A stretch of 63,019 bases of DNA, filler included, from Octopus bimaculoides (taxonomy: Eukaryota), in the NCBI RefSeq assembly GCF_001194135.2. It is 4 parts of 4 records of this genome, joined end to end, with 100 filler letters (N's around TTAATTAATTAA, not from the genome) between each part and the next. Parts side by side here need not be neighbours in the genome. Positions count along the whole stretch, not along the records: positions 37,183 to 59,107 come from NC_068996.1; 3 more parts are not named here. The stretch is one strand, 5' to 3'. The notes beneath the pieces are model-generated. The model had not been told where the DNA came from, searched no databases, and saw only the letters and a list, made by a program, of their open reading frames with translations. Made by a program: the position numbers and the translations under genes. Of this stretch, positions 37,224 to 50,824 are shown piece after piece. Each line of letters starts with the position of its first letter. The first letter of the stretch is position 1.

Positions 37224-39165
37224 TCTATTAGAAGGATCCAGAGATGCAAACCAATATGGAAAAGGAAGTTGTAGGAGGTCAAGGATCCTTCAAACAGGCA
37301 GAGATTTAGAGACGTTCTTAATGAAGCCTTTGATGAGAAAGAAGAAAAGATAGAGACATACAACATAGAAGACAAAGTTCTTATGAGACAATCTACTGAG
37401 GGCAGCAGACTAAATCTGTGGTTGGAGATATGAAATCAGGAAAAGACCCTAGTCCATCAGGAACTACAACAGAGATACTCAAAATGTCTGGTAGGGTAGG
37501 ATACAGGCTAGTCACCCATGTAATTAATCAGGTTATTCAGGAAAGCATAATCTCCAGTGATTGGTGTAGCAGCATTATAGTTAACTGCTACAAGAATAAG
37601 GGAGATGTCTCAGCTAGAAGGAATTATCAAATTACTGGACCAGGTGATAAAAATTACTGAGAGAGTTATAGCTCAATGAATTAGGAACAGAATTAGGTTA
37701 TATGAAATCCAGTTTGGCTTTGTCCTGGGGAAAAGCACTATTGATGCTATTTTCATAGTCAGGCAGCTGCAAGAGAAGTACTTAGCTAAAAATAAACCAT
37801 TATACTTGGCATTTGTTGATTTAGAGGAAGCCTTTGATAGAGTCCCCCCACTGTGTGATATGGTATGCTCCAAAGAGGCTAGGGATAGATAACTGGCTTG
37901 TGAAAGCTGTACAGGCCATGTGTAGAGATGCTGTCAGTAAGGTGAGTTAACCACAAGTACAGTAAAGAATTTGGTGTACAGGTAGGTGTTCATCAAAGCT
38001 CAGTCCTCAGTCCCCTACTTTACACCATTGTCCTCCAGAGGAATTCAAGACCAGCAGCTCCTGGGAACTATATGCTGATGATTTTGCCCTCATAACAAAT
38101 TCCATATCAGAGCTAGATAAGAAATTCCAAGTGTGGAAACAAAACCTAGAATCTAAGGGCCTTAAGGTTAACTTAGTGAAGACTAAAGTCTTAGTAAGCC
38201 ACTTCAAGTAGGTGGCTCTGCTTGATTTGTAGGAAGGATGTAGGCAGGAACTCCATATGGTGTACCCAGTGTAAGCTATGGTCACACAAGAGGTGCAGTG
38301 GAATAGGAAGGTTATCAGAGAAAGTAGTGTTCATATCTGAAAGATGCACAGGATTCATAAAAACTATAGATACTTGGGAAATTGATTCCCTCAAATGCCC
38401 TGGTGGCTCATTGGAGACAGTAGATAATTTCTGCTACCTATTTGACCAAATTAGTAGTGGGAGAGGATGTACGGGGAGTGATAGCTAGAATAAGATGGAG
38501 AAAATTCAGAGAGCTGTTACCTCTGTTGGCTACAAAAGACTTTTCTCTGAGTTAAAGGAAGACTGTATGCGTCATGTATGTGAACAGTGGTTCTACATGG
38601 TAGTGAATGAGGCTAGTATGCTCTCTTGGATGTGCAATGTAAATGTTCAAGTGCGTGTAAACAGCTCCTAAAAAAGTGCTGATACTCAAAGTGGGTGGAA
38701 CTCATGGAAGTGAGAAACCCAGGAAGAGATGGGACAAAATACTGAAAGACACTGAGCCTTATGGAAGAAATGACAAAGGACCAACACTGAGCCTTATGGA
38801 GGAAATGACAAAAGACCAACATATCTAGTACCGTGTTGTTCAGAAGAAGACCCATCTTCCACAGCAGAATTATTAATGTTCCTGAAGAAGATTGGCTTGT
38901 GCTGATGCCATGTAAACAGCTCCCATGCCAGCACCACAAAATAGCATCCATGTTGGCACTGCATAAATGCATCCCATGCTGGTGTCACACAAAAAGCACT
39001 CAGGACATCCTATTAAGTGATTGGCATTAGGAAGAGTATCCAGCCCTAGAAGCAAAGCCAAATCAGACTGGAACTTAGTGTAGCTTTCATGCTTGTCAGC
39101 TCTGGTGAAACTGCTGGCATGGGTTCATGCCAGCATGGAAAATGGTTATTAAATGATGATGATGA
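37220..39165 (+). mobile_element. RTE-clade LINE, decayed RT through 3' tail
   Basis: QFGFVLGKSTIDAIF, AFVDLEEAFDRV, HQSSVLSP, LYADD, NSIWCTQCKLWSHKRC, then RTE tail and (GAT)n. Confidence 0.85.
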
Positions 39166-39385
39166 TACACACACACACAAATATACAGGCACATGAATAG
39201 GCCTGGGAAAGTCTTCTACTACAACCCAAGACTATAACTTTGTGAGCAGATTTAGTCAATGGAAACTGAAAGAAGCCTATCGTGTGTGTGTGTGTGCGTG
39301 CGTGCGTGCGCACACACATATGTGCATGTATACATACATATATAATTATCATCATTTCAAATACATGTTTATGTATGTATATATA

Positions 39386-39445
<60 letters not shown>

Positions 39446-39489
39446 TATGTATATACATACATATATATATATAGTTATATGTAAAATCT

Positions 39490-39745
39490 TCTGGGAAGGT
39501 AACAGGGATGGAGTAGGTTGTGTGGGTATACTCCTTGCTGAGAAATGAGTGGATAAGTTCATAGAGTTAGTTAGAGTCTGTGATAGAGTACTTAAGCTCA
39601 GGCTAGTCTTGCAGAATAGTATAGTGACAACTATATCTGCCTACGCCCCACAAGCAGGCCTACCAAATGAACAGAAGGACCACTTTTATGATATTCTTCT
39701 GCAGGCTACCTCCAAGATGAGTGACAATGATCTCATCTTCATGGC
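39490..39745 (+). mobile_element. RTE LINE apurinic endonuclease fragment
   Basis: GNRDGVGCVGILLAEK*VDKFIELVRVCDRVLKLRLVL...ISAYAPQAG. Confidence 0.8.
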
Positions 39746-40496
39746 AAATTTCTATGCTGTTACCACCTTACAAATATGCTTTGTTTGTATATTACTCCAA
39801 CATTTCATATCAGGCCAGCACCTCTAAAATATTCTGCAAAGATGACAAAACAGTTTTAGTCAAAACCTTCAAGACATGGATACTATATATCCAAGGCAAA
39901 TAAAAAAAAAAGCATCACAATAAGGCATTTCTCTCTTGAACAATAGACAGTTTAAATGTTCACATTTCTTTAAACTACAAGCCTAATAATTTCTGGTAAC
40001 TTCCTTTCAAATAGGTAAGATGGGGCACTAATGTAAATGGATAAGGTATACTGAGTGATAAGCATGTCATAACTGACCTAAAGGATCTGTAAATGCAGGG
40101 AATGAAATACGTTCTGCTCATCACAACTGCCCCAGGCCAATAAAAAAAGACAACCCTGGTCTTGCTTCCCTCATGCCTTATCTCGCTCTTCCTGCTTTGG
40201 TGGGACCCCTTGACCATTGACATCACAGCCCTTTCCTCCTAGTTCACCTCATCTCTACATATACCAAGTCTGACCACAATCCTTAAGACTCAAAAATGAT
40301 ATACAGAAAGATAGCATGTTGGTAACAAGTCAAATCCTGCAAGCATAAGAAAAGAAACATCATATAAAATAAATATTGTATGAGTATAATGCCAAACTAT
40401 ATTGATCGCTTTAGACTAACACTCTCCTGTTAATATTTTCAAAAGTATTTTCTGGAAAACACTGAAACAATGAATTTTTTAAACAAATGTGTCAAC

Positions 40497-40502
40497 TTTA
40501 TT
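40497..40502 (-). promoter_or_regulatory. Probable polyadenylation signal of RWDD4
   Basis: AATAAA on the minus strand about 50 nt after the stop codon. Confidence 0.55.
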
Positions 40503-40552
40503 GCAGCTTTTTTAAAATATACACATTTTTTTATAATGATAAGGCAAAGAAA

Positions 40553-40822
<270 letters not shown>

Positions 40823-42019
40823 TTAGCAATTCTGTACACTTAACAATCAATGTTTAAAATTTAATAATGGTATTGTTAGGTTATTGACATTTTACATCTT
40901 ATATACTTATTCTAAATTTCTGCCCCTTGAATAACTTGGATATTGCATCACTACTAGCAGAATAAAAGTTGTTAGTAAAATCTGGGTATATTTAAGCATA
41001 AAAAGTTGATAACCATCCACTAGCAATATTGAGATCAGTCTTTCACATGAATCATACTTTTTTAAAAATCTTTTTATTTACTTTTCAAGTCTTCTTTTGA
41101 CCTTCAAGTATAATCTCTGAAAGATATTTCTCTTATTTTCTATAATGACATGAGCAGGAAATCATACAGTATGTCATTGACTTAGCGTTTTATCATTTCC
41201 TCACTGAGGCTCAGCAGCCTGTGATCTGATCTCAGCAATTTTAATTATTCTCCTACTATTAAACTGATTAGAAATAAAATTGTTGAAGTGAAACAGATTA
41301 AAGTAGCAGGCTCAAAAAAGATGAAAATAATTTTTTCTTATAAAAAAACAAAAGTTTTAGTTAATTTTTTTTCTTGTTTTCTAACCAATGAAGTGCATTT
41401 ATAAAACAGCTTTATCAAGAGTGTTTTCTTCAACAAATGCACAGACATCATATGTTAAGGACCACTTGGTTCATTAGTATTCCATCACTAGTATACACAC
41501 TTCAACCTCTGGTTCACAGGTATGCTGTCTCCTCCCACTGGAGTCTTTTCTACTGGAACTGGTTGGTCTTGTACCTCCACCTCAAAACATCCAAAATCCA
41601 CTCATCACTTCACTTCTTAATACCCTTGGTGCATCCAACTGCCACTTTCTCTACACTAACCCCAATATCCAACCATTTCTTCCCCAGAACCTCCTGGAAC
41701 TTCTTCCCCACAGGGGTTAAACTTCAACAGTTTGAACAGAACATTAACATTGTCAAACTCATTGGTCTTGGAGGGCCTGCAAAGGTCATGAGTACTGCTT
41801 TCCTCCAGATTCAGCAAGAGAAAAAGAACACTTTATGACAATTTTAAATGCAGGCAAATTCATAAATTATTTTGTATCTCAGTTCACAGAAAAACATTTT
41901 CAGAAATGTTTCTATTATATGAATGAAACCATTTTTTGATTATAAAAATGCTAACACCAGTAAAATAATACTGTTAATGATAATTCATTTTATTTTTGGC
42001 ACAAGGTCAGCAATTAATT

Positions 42020-43600
42020 TAAATTAGACTGGCTAATTCTATCCACATCTATACCATATGACAAAGGTAAGAAATTCTGCCCATTATGCAATACGGAACT
42101 GTTCTTCATTTTATTCTCGAAGAATAAACTGGTGAACACGTTCATCGAAAACTCATACAGATGTAAACACTGGCAGCAACACGTATTTTTTTCCTTCAGG
42201 TAAAAAATACTTATTTATATAACGTTGACAACTCAACTTGTAACATATTAGTTCCTCAAATAATTCAAGAGACACATGTTAATTATACCTTTATATGTAA
42301 AAAGATATGGTAGACTTATCTCGCTTGATGTATGTTATCTAAACACTCTTAATTTTTGAACCCAAATTAGAACACCAATAACATCTATAAACATATACTA
42401 AAACATTACTTTCAGTTCAACTAAACATAAACATTACTTCCATCGATGCTCAATTAACCTTATTCATTTGATTTCATAGCTCTTTCATACATCCATATCA
42501 TTCATTTATTACTTTGACTTTATTCAGCAAAAACAGTAGTTATTCATCCTGTTCCAAGTTATATTAGTGGCATTATTCTACGTCTACGAATTCCATTTGT
42601 CCTCTTAAACTTTCTTAGACACACCTAAGATTCTGAAAACAATCCTAGTTCACTTGTTTACATTCATCGTAAGATGAATCCAAAACATATAAATATTCTC
42701 TTCTCTCTGCTCTATGATGTATAAATTACTGTACAATATAACATTCTATTTTATCTCTTGGTAAACCCTTGCACCAACAGATATAGAACGTGATTACTGA
42801 AGTAAACTTTGGTAATAATATTAACTTAGTCTTTACAAGTAATTTTTACTCCTTTAACCCCTTCTTCTTGTCCCTTTCATTTCCATCTAACTTAACATAA
42901 TCTATCTCTGTAGATTAATAGACCACCAATTACCTTTATTAATTGTCAATTATTTAATATCTTACTAATTAATATAAGCATCATTTTCCTATACATATAG
43001 CACTGCTTTAATATCAATCACCACATGGCTACCGTGTGTATATACGTACAAATGTGTGTATATATATGCATGTATGTGTCCATGTGTATACATATGTGTG
43101 TGTGTGTATATGTGTATGCATGTGTGTACACATTTATGTATATGTATAGAGTTGTGTATGTGTATGTATGGGTGTATATATATATATATATATGATTATA
43201 TACATTTATGTCAACACTGCTTGTATAAATACAAGTTTAACTCCCCTTTGCGGTACCATTATACATAAAACACAATTCTCCCATTTTTATCGGGTTTAAA
43301 TCATCTTATAAACTCCTAATTCTAAATTCCTTTTCTCCTTCTTTTCTCCCCTCCTTGTCCAACGTACTGTTTCATAGCGTTGCAACCTCCAACGGTTTTT
43401 TCAAATAAGTTACATAGCAATCTTCTCTAGCTACAGTTATCACATTCGATTAAAATGTCTTACGGTTAAGCTAGTTCCTAGGTATTTCCCTGAAGAGAAG
43501 ATTACATCTTTATCAACATCACCTATTCTTTTGGAAGGAACCATTTGTAATCTTCGAAACATATGTTGGAAATAAAAGTATGCAGTTAACATATGTGTTT
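42020..43600 (+). mobile_element. Penelope-like element 3' end (endonuclease C-terminus, UTR, hammerhead)
   Basis: KLDWLILSTSIPYDKGKKFCPLCNTELFFILFSKNKLVN...YRCKH resembles the PLE W.IL....Y....C.LC..E...I...LN....C.H tail; hammerhead at the far end. Confidence 0.65.
43483..43574 (+). ncRNA. Type I hammerhead ribozyme with intact core
   Basis: TATTTCC-CTGAAGA-GAAGATTAC(41-nt loop)GTAATCTTC-GAAA-C ATAT G-T-T-GGAAATA: 7-bp stem I, 9-bp stem II, complete core, palindromic helix III, GUU cleavage triplet. Confidence 0.85.
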
Positions 43601-44403
43601 TACTCCATTTACATACATACATTATATATATATATATACACACTAGTAAACGCACCCATCCTTTGGATGGGTTAAGTTGCTTTAGTGGTATTTCCTTCAC
43701 CTTGTTCCAGGTGCCACCTGAGCTTGGCAAGCTGTTTGCTCAGTGGTATTTCCCATGAACTAAATTTGAAAGAATCGGTGTTCAGCATTGTTGACAGGAA
43801 GTATTGAGCCTATCCGATGATAGGTTTGGCCCTGAGTTTTGAATGTTGGCTTTTAGGAGTCTTCGTGAATGGGTTTGTGACTGAACCTTGTCATCTGGAA
43901 GGCAGAGTTATAAGTGCGAATTTTCTGTATAAATTGCTGCAAATCAGGGTGTTGACTAAGGAGTAAAGAAAGCAAAGGTTGAGGAGTGTTTTGCAGGTGA
44001 GGAAAGCAAACATTTCCATTTGAGCAGCATAGGTGACTGGATTCTCCAACCCACTTGAGGGCCTAGCAAAATGGACATATTACAGACATATCCCCTGTAA
44101 CAATTTCTTGATGAATGGCATAATCCTCAGCAGGATCGTAATCAAGCACCTTTGATGCCCATCGACTACTTAATGGCTTCCAATGGTTATCGTCATCTGC
44201 CAACCTCATGGCAGAAGTGGAAGTAGCATTGTGTGCTTGATAGATAGCATTCTTTTCTGGGGCTTCTTTGGCCCTCATGAAGTGGATGCAGCGTTGCATG
44301 TCCGATGGCATATAGGGTTTCTACAGCCCTTACGACAGCAGCATACACTCAATAAGTTTCACACTGCTCTGGAGTAGCTGCAGCACTTTTCAACAGTCTA
44401 CAG

Positions 44404-44681
44404 CAGGGGGTTTTCAAACTGTGGTCCGCAAGGACAAGACAGGGGGTCCGTGGACAGCAAATACTTTTTATGGGCAATTTGATTTTATATGTTTTTTAAT
44501 CGAAATCTTTTAATTGACAATAAACCTATTTGTTAAATACTGTTAAATAAATAAATGTAAAAATATATGTTATTTTAAGCAAATATTTATGTATAAATTT
44601 CATAAGCATTTATAAGGGGGTCTCTAAGGTAAAGCCTGAAATATAAAGGGGTCTGCAAGTCAAAAAGTTTGAAAACCCCTG
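44404..44681 (+). mobile_element. Complete hAT-type MITE nested in the Helitron
   Basis: Terminal repeats cagg(g)ggttttcaaact / agtttgaaaacccctg; 8-bp target duplication gtctacag at 44396-44403 and 44682-44689. Confidence 0.93.
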
Positions 44682-45104
44682 GTCTACAGGACCTCTGGTC
44701 CTCAGTTTTCTTGGCCTGCCAGCACTGCTGCCTTGCCACTGTAGAAGGCTTTCTACCAATGCATGCTCTCTTTTTAGGTGGTATGCCTGTATTATCTGGA
44801 AAAGGAAAATGGGTTTTAGTGTACTAAGTGATTACCGATTCTATTACAGGCTAACAAAAGCCTCTTTATTCTGTCTTCCTACATAGCCTGCGCATAAAGT
44901 AACAGCAAATGTCACATAATGTGAAATTGGTATGGAGCTTTCTGAAAGATACCTATAACTTTCACTAGCGGAAGCAAAACTCTTATTTAAAGGTTGATTC
45001 TTTGGGACGAATCATATGTGATTGTTTCAAAAAGGCTAGAACAACAATGCTAAAACATATTTGAAATAATGGACAACAGTTGAAATATCATAATGGATAG
45101 GTAT

Positions 45105-45290
45105 GTAGTGACGTCATTTGGCGCCAAAATACAGTCACCATTACTGCGTTTTCATCCACGCATGCGCAGGGAATAGTTCCGGAAGGAACACGGGAAGAGT
45201 CTCATGCGCATACGTGGAATTCAACATCTAAACGTTCCCGCTCTTTTCATTCTCTTTTCTCGCCGGCCGGCGAAGAGGTAACACAGGTCC
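45105..45290. promoter_or_regulatory. CpG-rich promoter-like motif cluster
   Basis: TGACGTCA 45109-45116, TTTGGCGCCAAA 45117-45128, ACGCATGCGCA 45158-45168, CCGGAAG 45179-45185, ATGCGCATACG 45204-45214. Confidence 0.5.
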
Positions 45291-46180
45291 AACAGAGCTC
45301 TCTCACATGAGCATGGTCGTATCAAGCTGTCTCTCCAACATTCCAACTCTGGGGACAGCTCACAACAACATTCCGGCGTCTCAGCAACCATGCCTATTTT
45401 CCTCCATGAATAAATATTGTTATGTTTCTGGTTTAGAGACTGCGTTATCCGTTCTTAAATTTTTCCTTAAAGTTTGATGTGAGGAATTAGTTATTTAACC
45501 TAAAGGTTGAATAAAGAAGATATTTCTTACAGGTAAATAAGCATCCTGAAAGTGAAACAACGCTTTGGTAAACAAAAGCATTAACAAATAGAAGAGAGGA
45601 AAGGGAACATCACCTTTCAAGTAACTCAGAATAGGTAAAGGTAATCTTGCCAAAGTTTAATTAATGCAGCTTAAATATGGAGATTAAGATTGTTTGGTAT
45701 TGGATATTCATTGCGTACAGTGTTCCTAGTCAATTTAATCAATTGCAGGTGGACAGTGGAAATAAATAAATAGACAAAATCCTTACACTTTCATATTCTC
45801 TGGTCTGATGCCACATAAAAAGTACCCAGTACAGTTTCTAAAGTAACTGGCGTTAGGAAGGGAATCCAGCCATAGAAACCATGCCAAAGCAAACATTGGA
45901 GCCTGGTACAACTCTCTGGTTTGCCAGCTTCTGTCAAATCATACAACCCATGCCAGCATGGAAGATGGATTTAAATGAAGATGATGATGATTGTTGTAAA
46001 AAGATGGTAGATACATAAAGACAAATGGCTGTTTATAATTAACTTTACAGATGTATTTAATTTCACTTTAATATGGTTAAAACAAAACCAAACTGTTAAG
46101 ACAAAAGTTAATGCCATAACTGACTGGTCTTTATTACAGAATGAAAAAATTACTAAAAATAAAAACAATAGTACATTTAC

Positions 46181-46303
46181 CTCAGGTTCAGCAGTAACAG
46201 GCACAAGAACAGTACTTGGTTGATAAACCATCAACATGCCAATATTCTCCTTAACCCATTCAAAAAGTGTATAAGTCATTGCACACCCTAACATTTCATC
46301 TGC
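46181..46303 (-). CDS. RWDD4: RWDD4 internal exon (123 nt)
   Basis: ADEMLGCAMTYTLFEWVKENIGMLMVYQPSTVLVPVTAEPE, with the RWDD4 G.AMTYTLFE motif. cttcag/gtaaat. Confidence 0.95.
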
Positions 46304-48059
46304 CTGAAGAAAAAAATTAGGTAACCACTTACATTTACTGAATTTTAACTATGTTTACTAAACTATTTTCTTACACATAAATCAAGATTTAAAAAAAACC
46401 AACTTAAAATAACTAAATATGATTAATTATTTAGAAATTTGTTAATTGTTTACAAACAATTTTACAGGTAAGTTTTTAAATCTGTAACTTGAAATAAAAG
46501 AGTCACATTTGAATGAATCCTGACACTAAACACTCAGGAAAGCCTTCCAGTGTTACCAATTCTTTTGTTAGTTTGTTTAATGTTGAAGATAACACTGGCT
46601 TGGTAAGCAGTAGCATGTGTCAAAAGAGACGAAAGAAAATGTTTAGTCAAACATGACATCCTAAAAAATGTTGAGATTTGAGCATTTCAACATGAATATG
46701 AAACTGACACAAGAAAAATTTGATGATATATATTTGATAAAAACTGTGTACATCAACTTTTAGAAAATCAGTGTATCACAAATTCAAATAATATTGCAGG
46801 AATGGTACTAGTGATATTTGGTGGGGAAATCTTTGGCCAAAAGCTATAGCATTTTCAAACCCTTATAACTGAGAGGTAAAGATGATAAGAAGAAAGTTCC
46901 AGAGAGATGCAGTTCTTGGGTAAGACATAAGAAGAGGCAGCTGCATCAACAATTTTAAGAGGAGGTTGTAGAATTAGAAGCAACTTCCAGAAAGTGATGG
47001 GATAAAGCACCAATTATTGGGATTATTTTACTAAATAGCTTGTCTCCTGTAATATTGTGGTGAGCCTCCTCTAGGATATCTTTTTAACACTATCTTCTGA
47101 CAATTAATGGCAGAAGGTAGATTAATAAGCAGTGAATCAAAGACGGCACTCATATCAACATCAAAGTAAATAGAGAAACATGAGTCAACATTTGTTTATT
47201 GAGGCACAGGAATTATACAAGTTATCTTTCCAAACTCAGAACTATATTTTAGTAACATTGGTATTTTTTTTTTGTTTGTTTTGCAGTCTCATATAAAATA
47301 ATTTTTTGCTTTAATCTTGGAATTAAATGGTTTTGATTTACTGTCAGATGACTTTTGACCAACCCTGTATATAGAAGCAGGGACACATTATTAAATGCAA
47401 CATTAATGTAAAAATGTTTAGCCACATCAAATCCCAGCTATAAGTAAAACGTTTTCTAAAATATAATTTGTTTTGCATCTTACAAGCAGAGCAGTTGATA
47501 ATACAAAAAATTAAACTGTCATTCACTTAATATTTTCTGATTTATCACTAAAAAGTTCATTATAGTCCACATTAAATACTTAACTCAGAAACAGTCATCC
47601 TTAAAAATATTTGACTTCATTAGAGAATTAGATAGTAACTTGATAGTGTGTAAATAATGCAATGGATGCAAGAAATGGAAGCTAGATTGCTAGGATGGTT
47701 TGCAATAATTAAGTTGTTGTTTATATAACATAAAAAGAGCTGGAGAGTTCCCTAGTGATGGCACCCTGGACAAATGAAAGAAAGCAAAAGAGAATCAAAT
47801 GAATGTTGTTCTTGTTTGGCTCATTTCTACATTTTAAAGCCAAAACAGTAAATTTTATAATTTCTATCTTTTCTATTGCTAATCATGTGACTCATCAAGA
47901 CAATAGGTGTTGTAGATTCATCAGATATTCAACCCCTTAAGCTAACAATTTTTATTCTCCCATTTGATTTGTAAATCCATATCAGAAACTATGTGAAATG
48001 AAAAGTATAGTTTGCTGTCAACTTATAAATATGAAATACAAAAAATTTGTAGAACTTAC

Positions 48060-48105
48060 TTTCTCGTTAATTTGTTGAAATAGGAAATCTTTGCACTGTT
48101 TCTCT
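48060..48105 (-). CDS. RWDD4: RWDD4 internal exon (46 nt)
   Basis: (L)EKQCKDFLFQQINEK. cttcag/gtaagt; phases join the flanking exons exactly. Confidence 0.88.
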
Positions 48106-50063
48106 CTGAAGTAGAAAGTAATGTGAGAAAAGACATAACCAACTTATATAGTTTATTGAATAATGATAATACATAGAAAAGTTATCTATTCCATATACAA
48201 ATTAGAAGTAATTAATAAGAATCTTAACACAGGTATACAACAGTATTTGAAAAGAATTTTAGCCAGAGAAAAGCAATTATATCAATTAAATTTCACTACT
48301 TTTGCAAATGTTTTCTAGCATATGAAATACATGCTCTTTCACAATTAGATTTATATGAATTATTATTTTCTTAAGGAAGACTTGCATCCATAAATTGTAA
48401 TGGATAAACATTAGAAAGATTAATCTAAATTCTAGTAGATGAAATGTTTTGTGGAAATACATTTTAGGTGGTGTTATAATAACAAAAAAAAAAAAAATGT
48501 AGTGTTTAATTAGAGTGTTTTTAGCTCTGGTTGAAATGCAAAAATTTTCTTGTGTTATTTTACATAAAGCTACAGTTTGAAACAACTTTTGATGTATTTC
48601 AAAACAATTTTCTACATAATTTAAACAGATTTCTAGTATTTATTTTCTTGGAAGATCATTCAATAATATCAAGAATTTCATTTACAAAGTATTTTAAATA
48701 GAAATGCTTCTATAGCTAAGAAGCAAACATTGAACAAGCTTTAAAATGAGGTGTGTATTTTAATAAAGAACATTAACCCCAATCATTATTCTTTAATCAA
48801 ATTTAATACTTTTCTTCAAATTTATTCTGCATGAGGAACAGAAAAAATTAGTTAACAAAAAGAATAAGCTATTCAGTGCAGCGAAAAATCAGATTAATGT
48901 TTTTTAACCTCTAATGATCTGCATAATCATATTCTTATATTGGTTTCAGCCAGAGGCTGGGGCCATACTGGAGCACCACCTTTAAAACTTAAATATTGGT
49001 TTCAAATTTTGGCACAAGGTGGTAATTTTAGGGGAGGGGGTATGTTGATTACATTGATGCCAGTGATCAACTGGTACTTATTTTATCGACCTTGAAAGAA
49101 TGAAAGACAAGTTATTAACCTTGGCAGAATTTGAACTCAGAATGTAAAGATGGAAGAAATGCTGCTAATGACAGTGTGCTGATGACTCTGCCAGCTCATG
49201 TAGATTTTATAATCATACATAATAATGATGTACATTAAATTAAGTTTTATACTTAATGGCAAAAATTGGTAATTGTTGACATTTTTTTTTTGTTATGTCT
49301 AAATGACAACAGTTTCATGTAGATAATTTTAGCATTAAAATATATACATACACTACATGAAGAAGTCTACATTCATATATAGCTGATCTTTAGCTGCACA
49401 GAACATCAAACTGATACATAACTGTAAGTTTTGTATTCTAAATATAGGGTACACAGAACTAATTACTTACACAGTAATTTGCAAATGCTAAGTAACTTGA
49501 AAAGATTGATTTACATACTGTCTGCTAAACTGAACATCAATATAATATTTTAAATATTCTGCAGAACATACCCATATAAAGACCTAATATTTAAAATCTA
49601 TGAAGAAATCTTTGTTATTTAGCAAATGACTCTTATTCTATGATAAACAAATGGTTTTTTACTTCTTTTATTTAAGCTCAAGGTCAATTTGTTAAAGAGG
49701 AATATAGTTGATTCAATTGACTGCAGATGGAATAAAAGTAAAGCCAACTCTAGCAGGATTTGAACTCAGAAAGCAGAAGAATGTAATTAGGTATAATTCT
49801 CGACTGCTTCTGCCATTTTGTTATTTAAACATCTTTAGTAAATATGAGGATATATAACAAACTATTTTTCAAAGAACCATTAGTTACACAAATGGTAGGC
49901 AATTTTCAGAAAAGCACTTTATCTTAGAATATGAAAAAATATACAAAAATGAAAATTTCATCTGTATATTGATACTCAAATGTAGTGATCTAAGATTACA
50001 TGTGTATGAAATTATATGTTTTCTTTGGTCACAAGAGTATGCAAAAAATTCTTAGTTACTTAC

Positions 50064-50173
50064 AAATGATTATTATAAAAAGCATCCAAATTAATACAGG
50101 GAACTTCATCAGGGTATTTTTCTCCCCAACTGATTTCAATCAATAAGGACTGAGATGATCCATCTTCACCACA
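50064..50173 (-). CDS. RWDD4: RWD domain-containing protein 4, internal exon (110 nt)
   Basis: CGEDGSSQSLLIEISWGEKYPDEVPCINLDAFYNNH(L), with the RWD-type W..xYP..xP motif. ctttag/gtaagt splice sites. Confidence 0.93.
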
Positions 50174-50384
50174 CTAAAGCAAGAAAAAAAGAAAAAGAGA
50201 TAAAGAGATACTGTTTGAAATAAATTGGCTAAGAGCTTAAGTTGCTTAACTTAATTTTGATTACAGAATTATATCTTTACAAAGAGAAACTACCATGTCA
50301 AAGGAGATTTTTACTTGCTTCAATTCAACTCTAGACAAAAATTTATAAAATTATCTAAACTATAGTTACTTATTATAATATTTA

Positions 50385-50790
50385 AATATATGTGCTGTGC
50401 GTGAGAAGACCCGGCAAGCCAAGTAAGATCGTTGCCAGTGCCCCTGGACTGGTTCTTGTGCGGGTGGCACATGAGATGCACCATTTTGAGCGTGGCCGTT
50501 GCCAGTACCGCCTGACTGGCTCCCGTAGGATTTTCAAGCGAGATCGTTGCCAGTGCCCCTGGACTGGCTTGTGCGGGTGGCACATAAAAGACACCATTTC
50601 GAGCGTGGCCGTTTTCGTGCGGGTGACACGTAAAAGCACCCACTACACTCTCTGAGTGGTTGGCGTTAGGAAGGGCATCCAGCTGTAGAAACTCTGCCAA
50701 ATTAGACTGGAGCCTGGTGTTGCCATCAGGTTTCACCAGTCCTCAGTCAAATCGTCCAACCCATGCTAGCATGGAAAGCGGACGTTAAAC

Positions 50791-50824
<34 letters not shown>
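50385..50824 (+). mobile_element. RTE LINE 3' end copy
   Basis: gctgtgcgtgagaagacccggcaagcc...ttggcgttaggaagggcatccagc...(GAT)n tail. Confidence 0.85.

Larger units (their letters stand above)
43643..45520 (-). mobile_element. Internally deleted Helitron
   Basis: 3' end: hairpin ACCCATCC-AAA-GGATGGGT, 7 nt, CTAG then T. Coding remnant (M>I)PPKKR...ICPFC*ALKWVGESSHLCCSNGNV...IRTYNSAFQMT...PTFKTQGQTYHRIGSILP...FFQI*F. The 5' TC end is uncertain (about 45477 or 45520). Confidence 0.88.

Noticed and set aside
41437-41838. 133-aa ORF
   Set aside because: No domain, no splice-consistent link, lies antisense in an RWDD4 intron.
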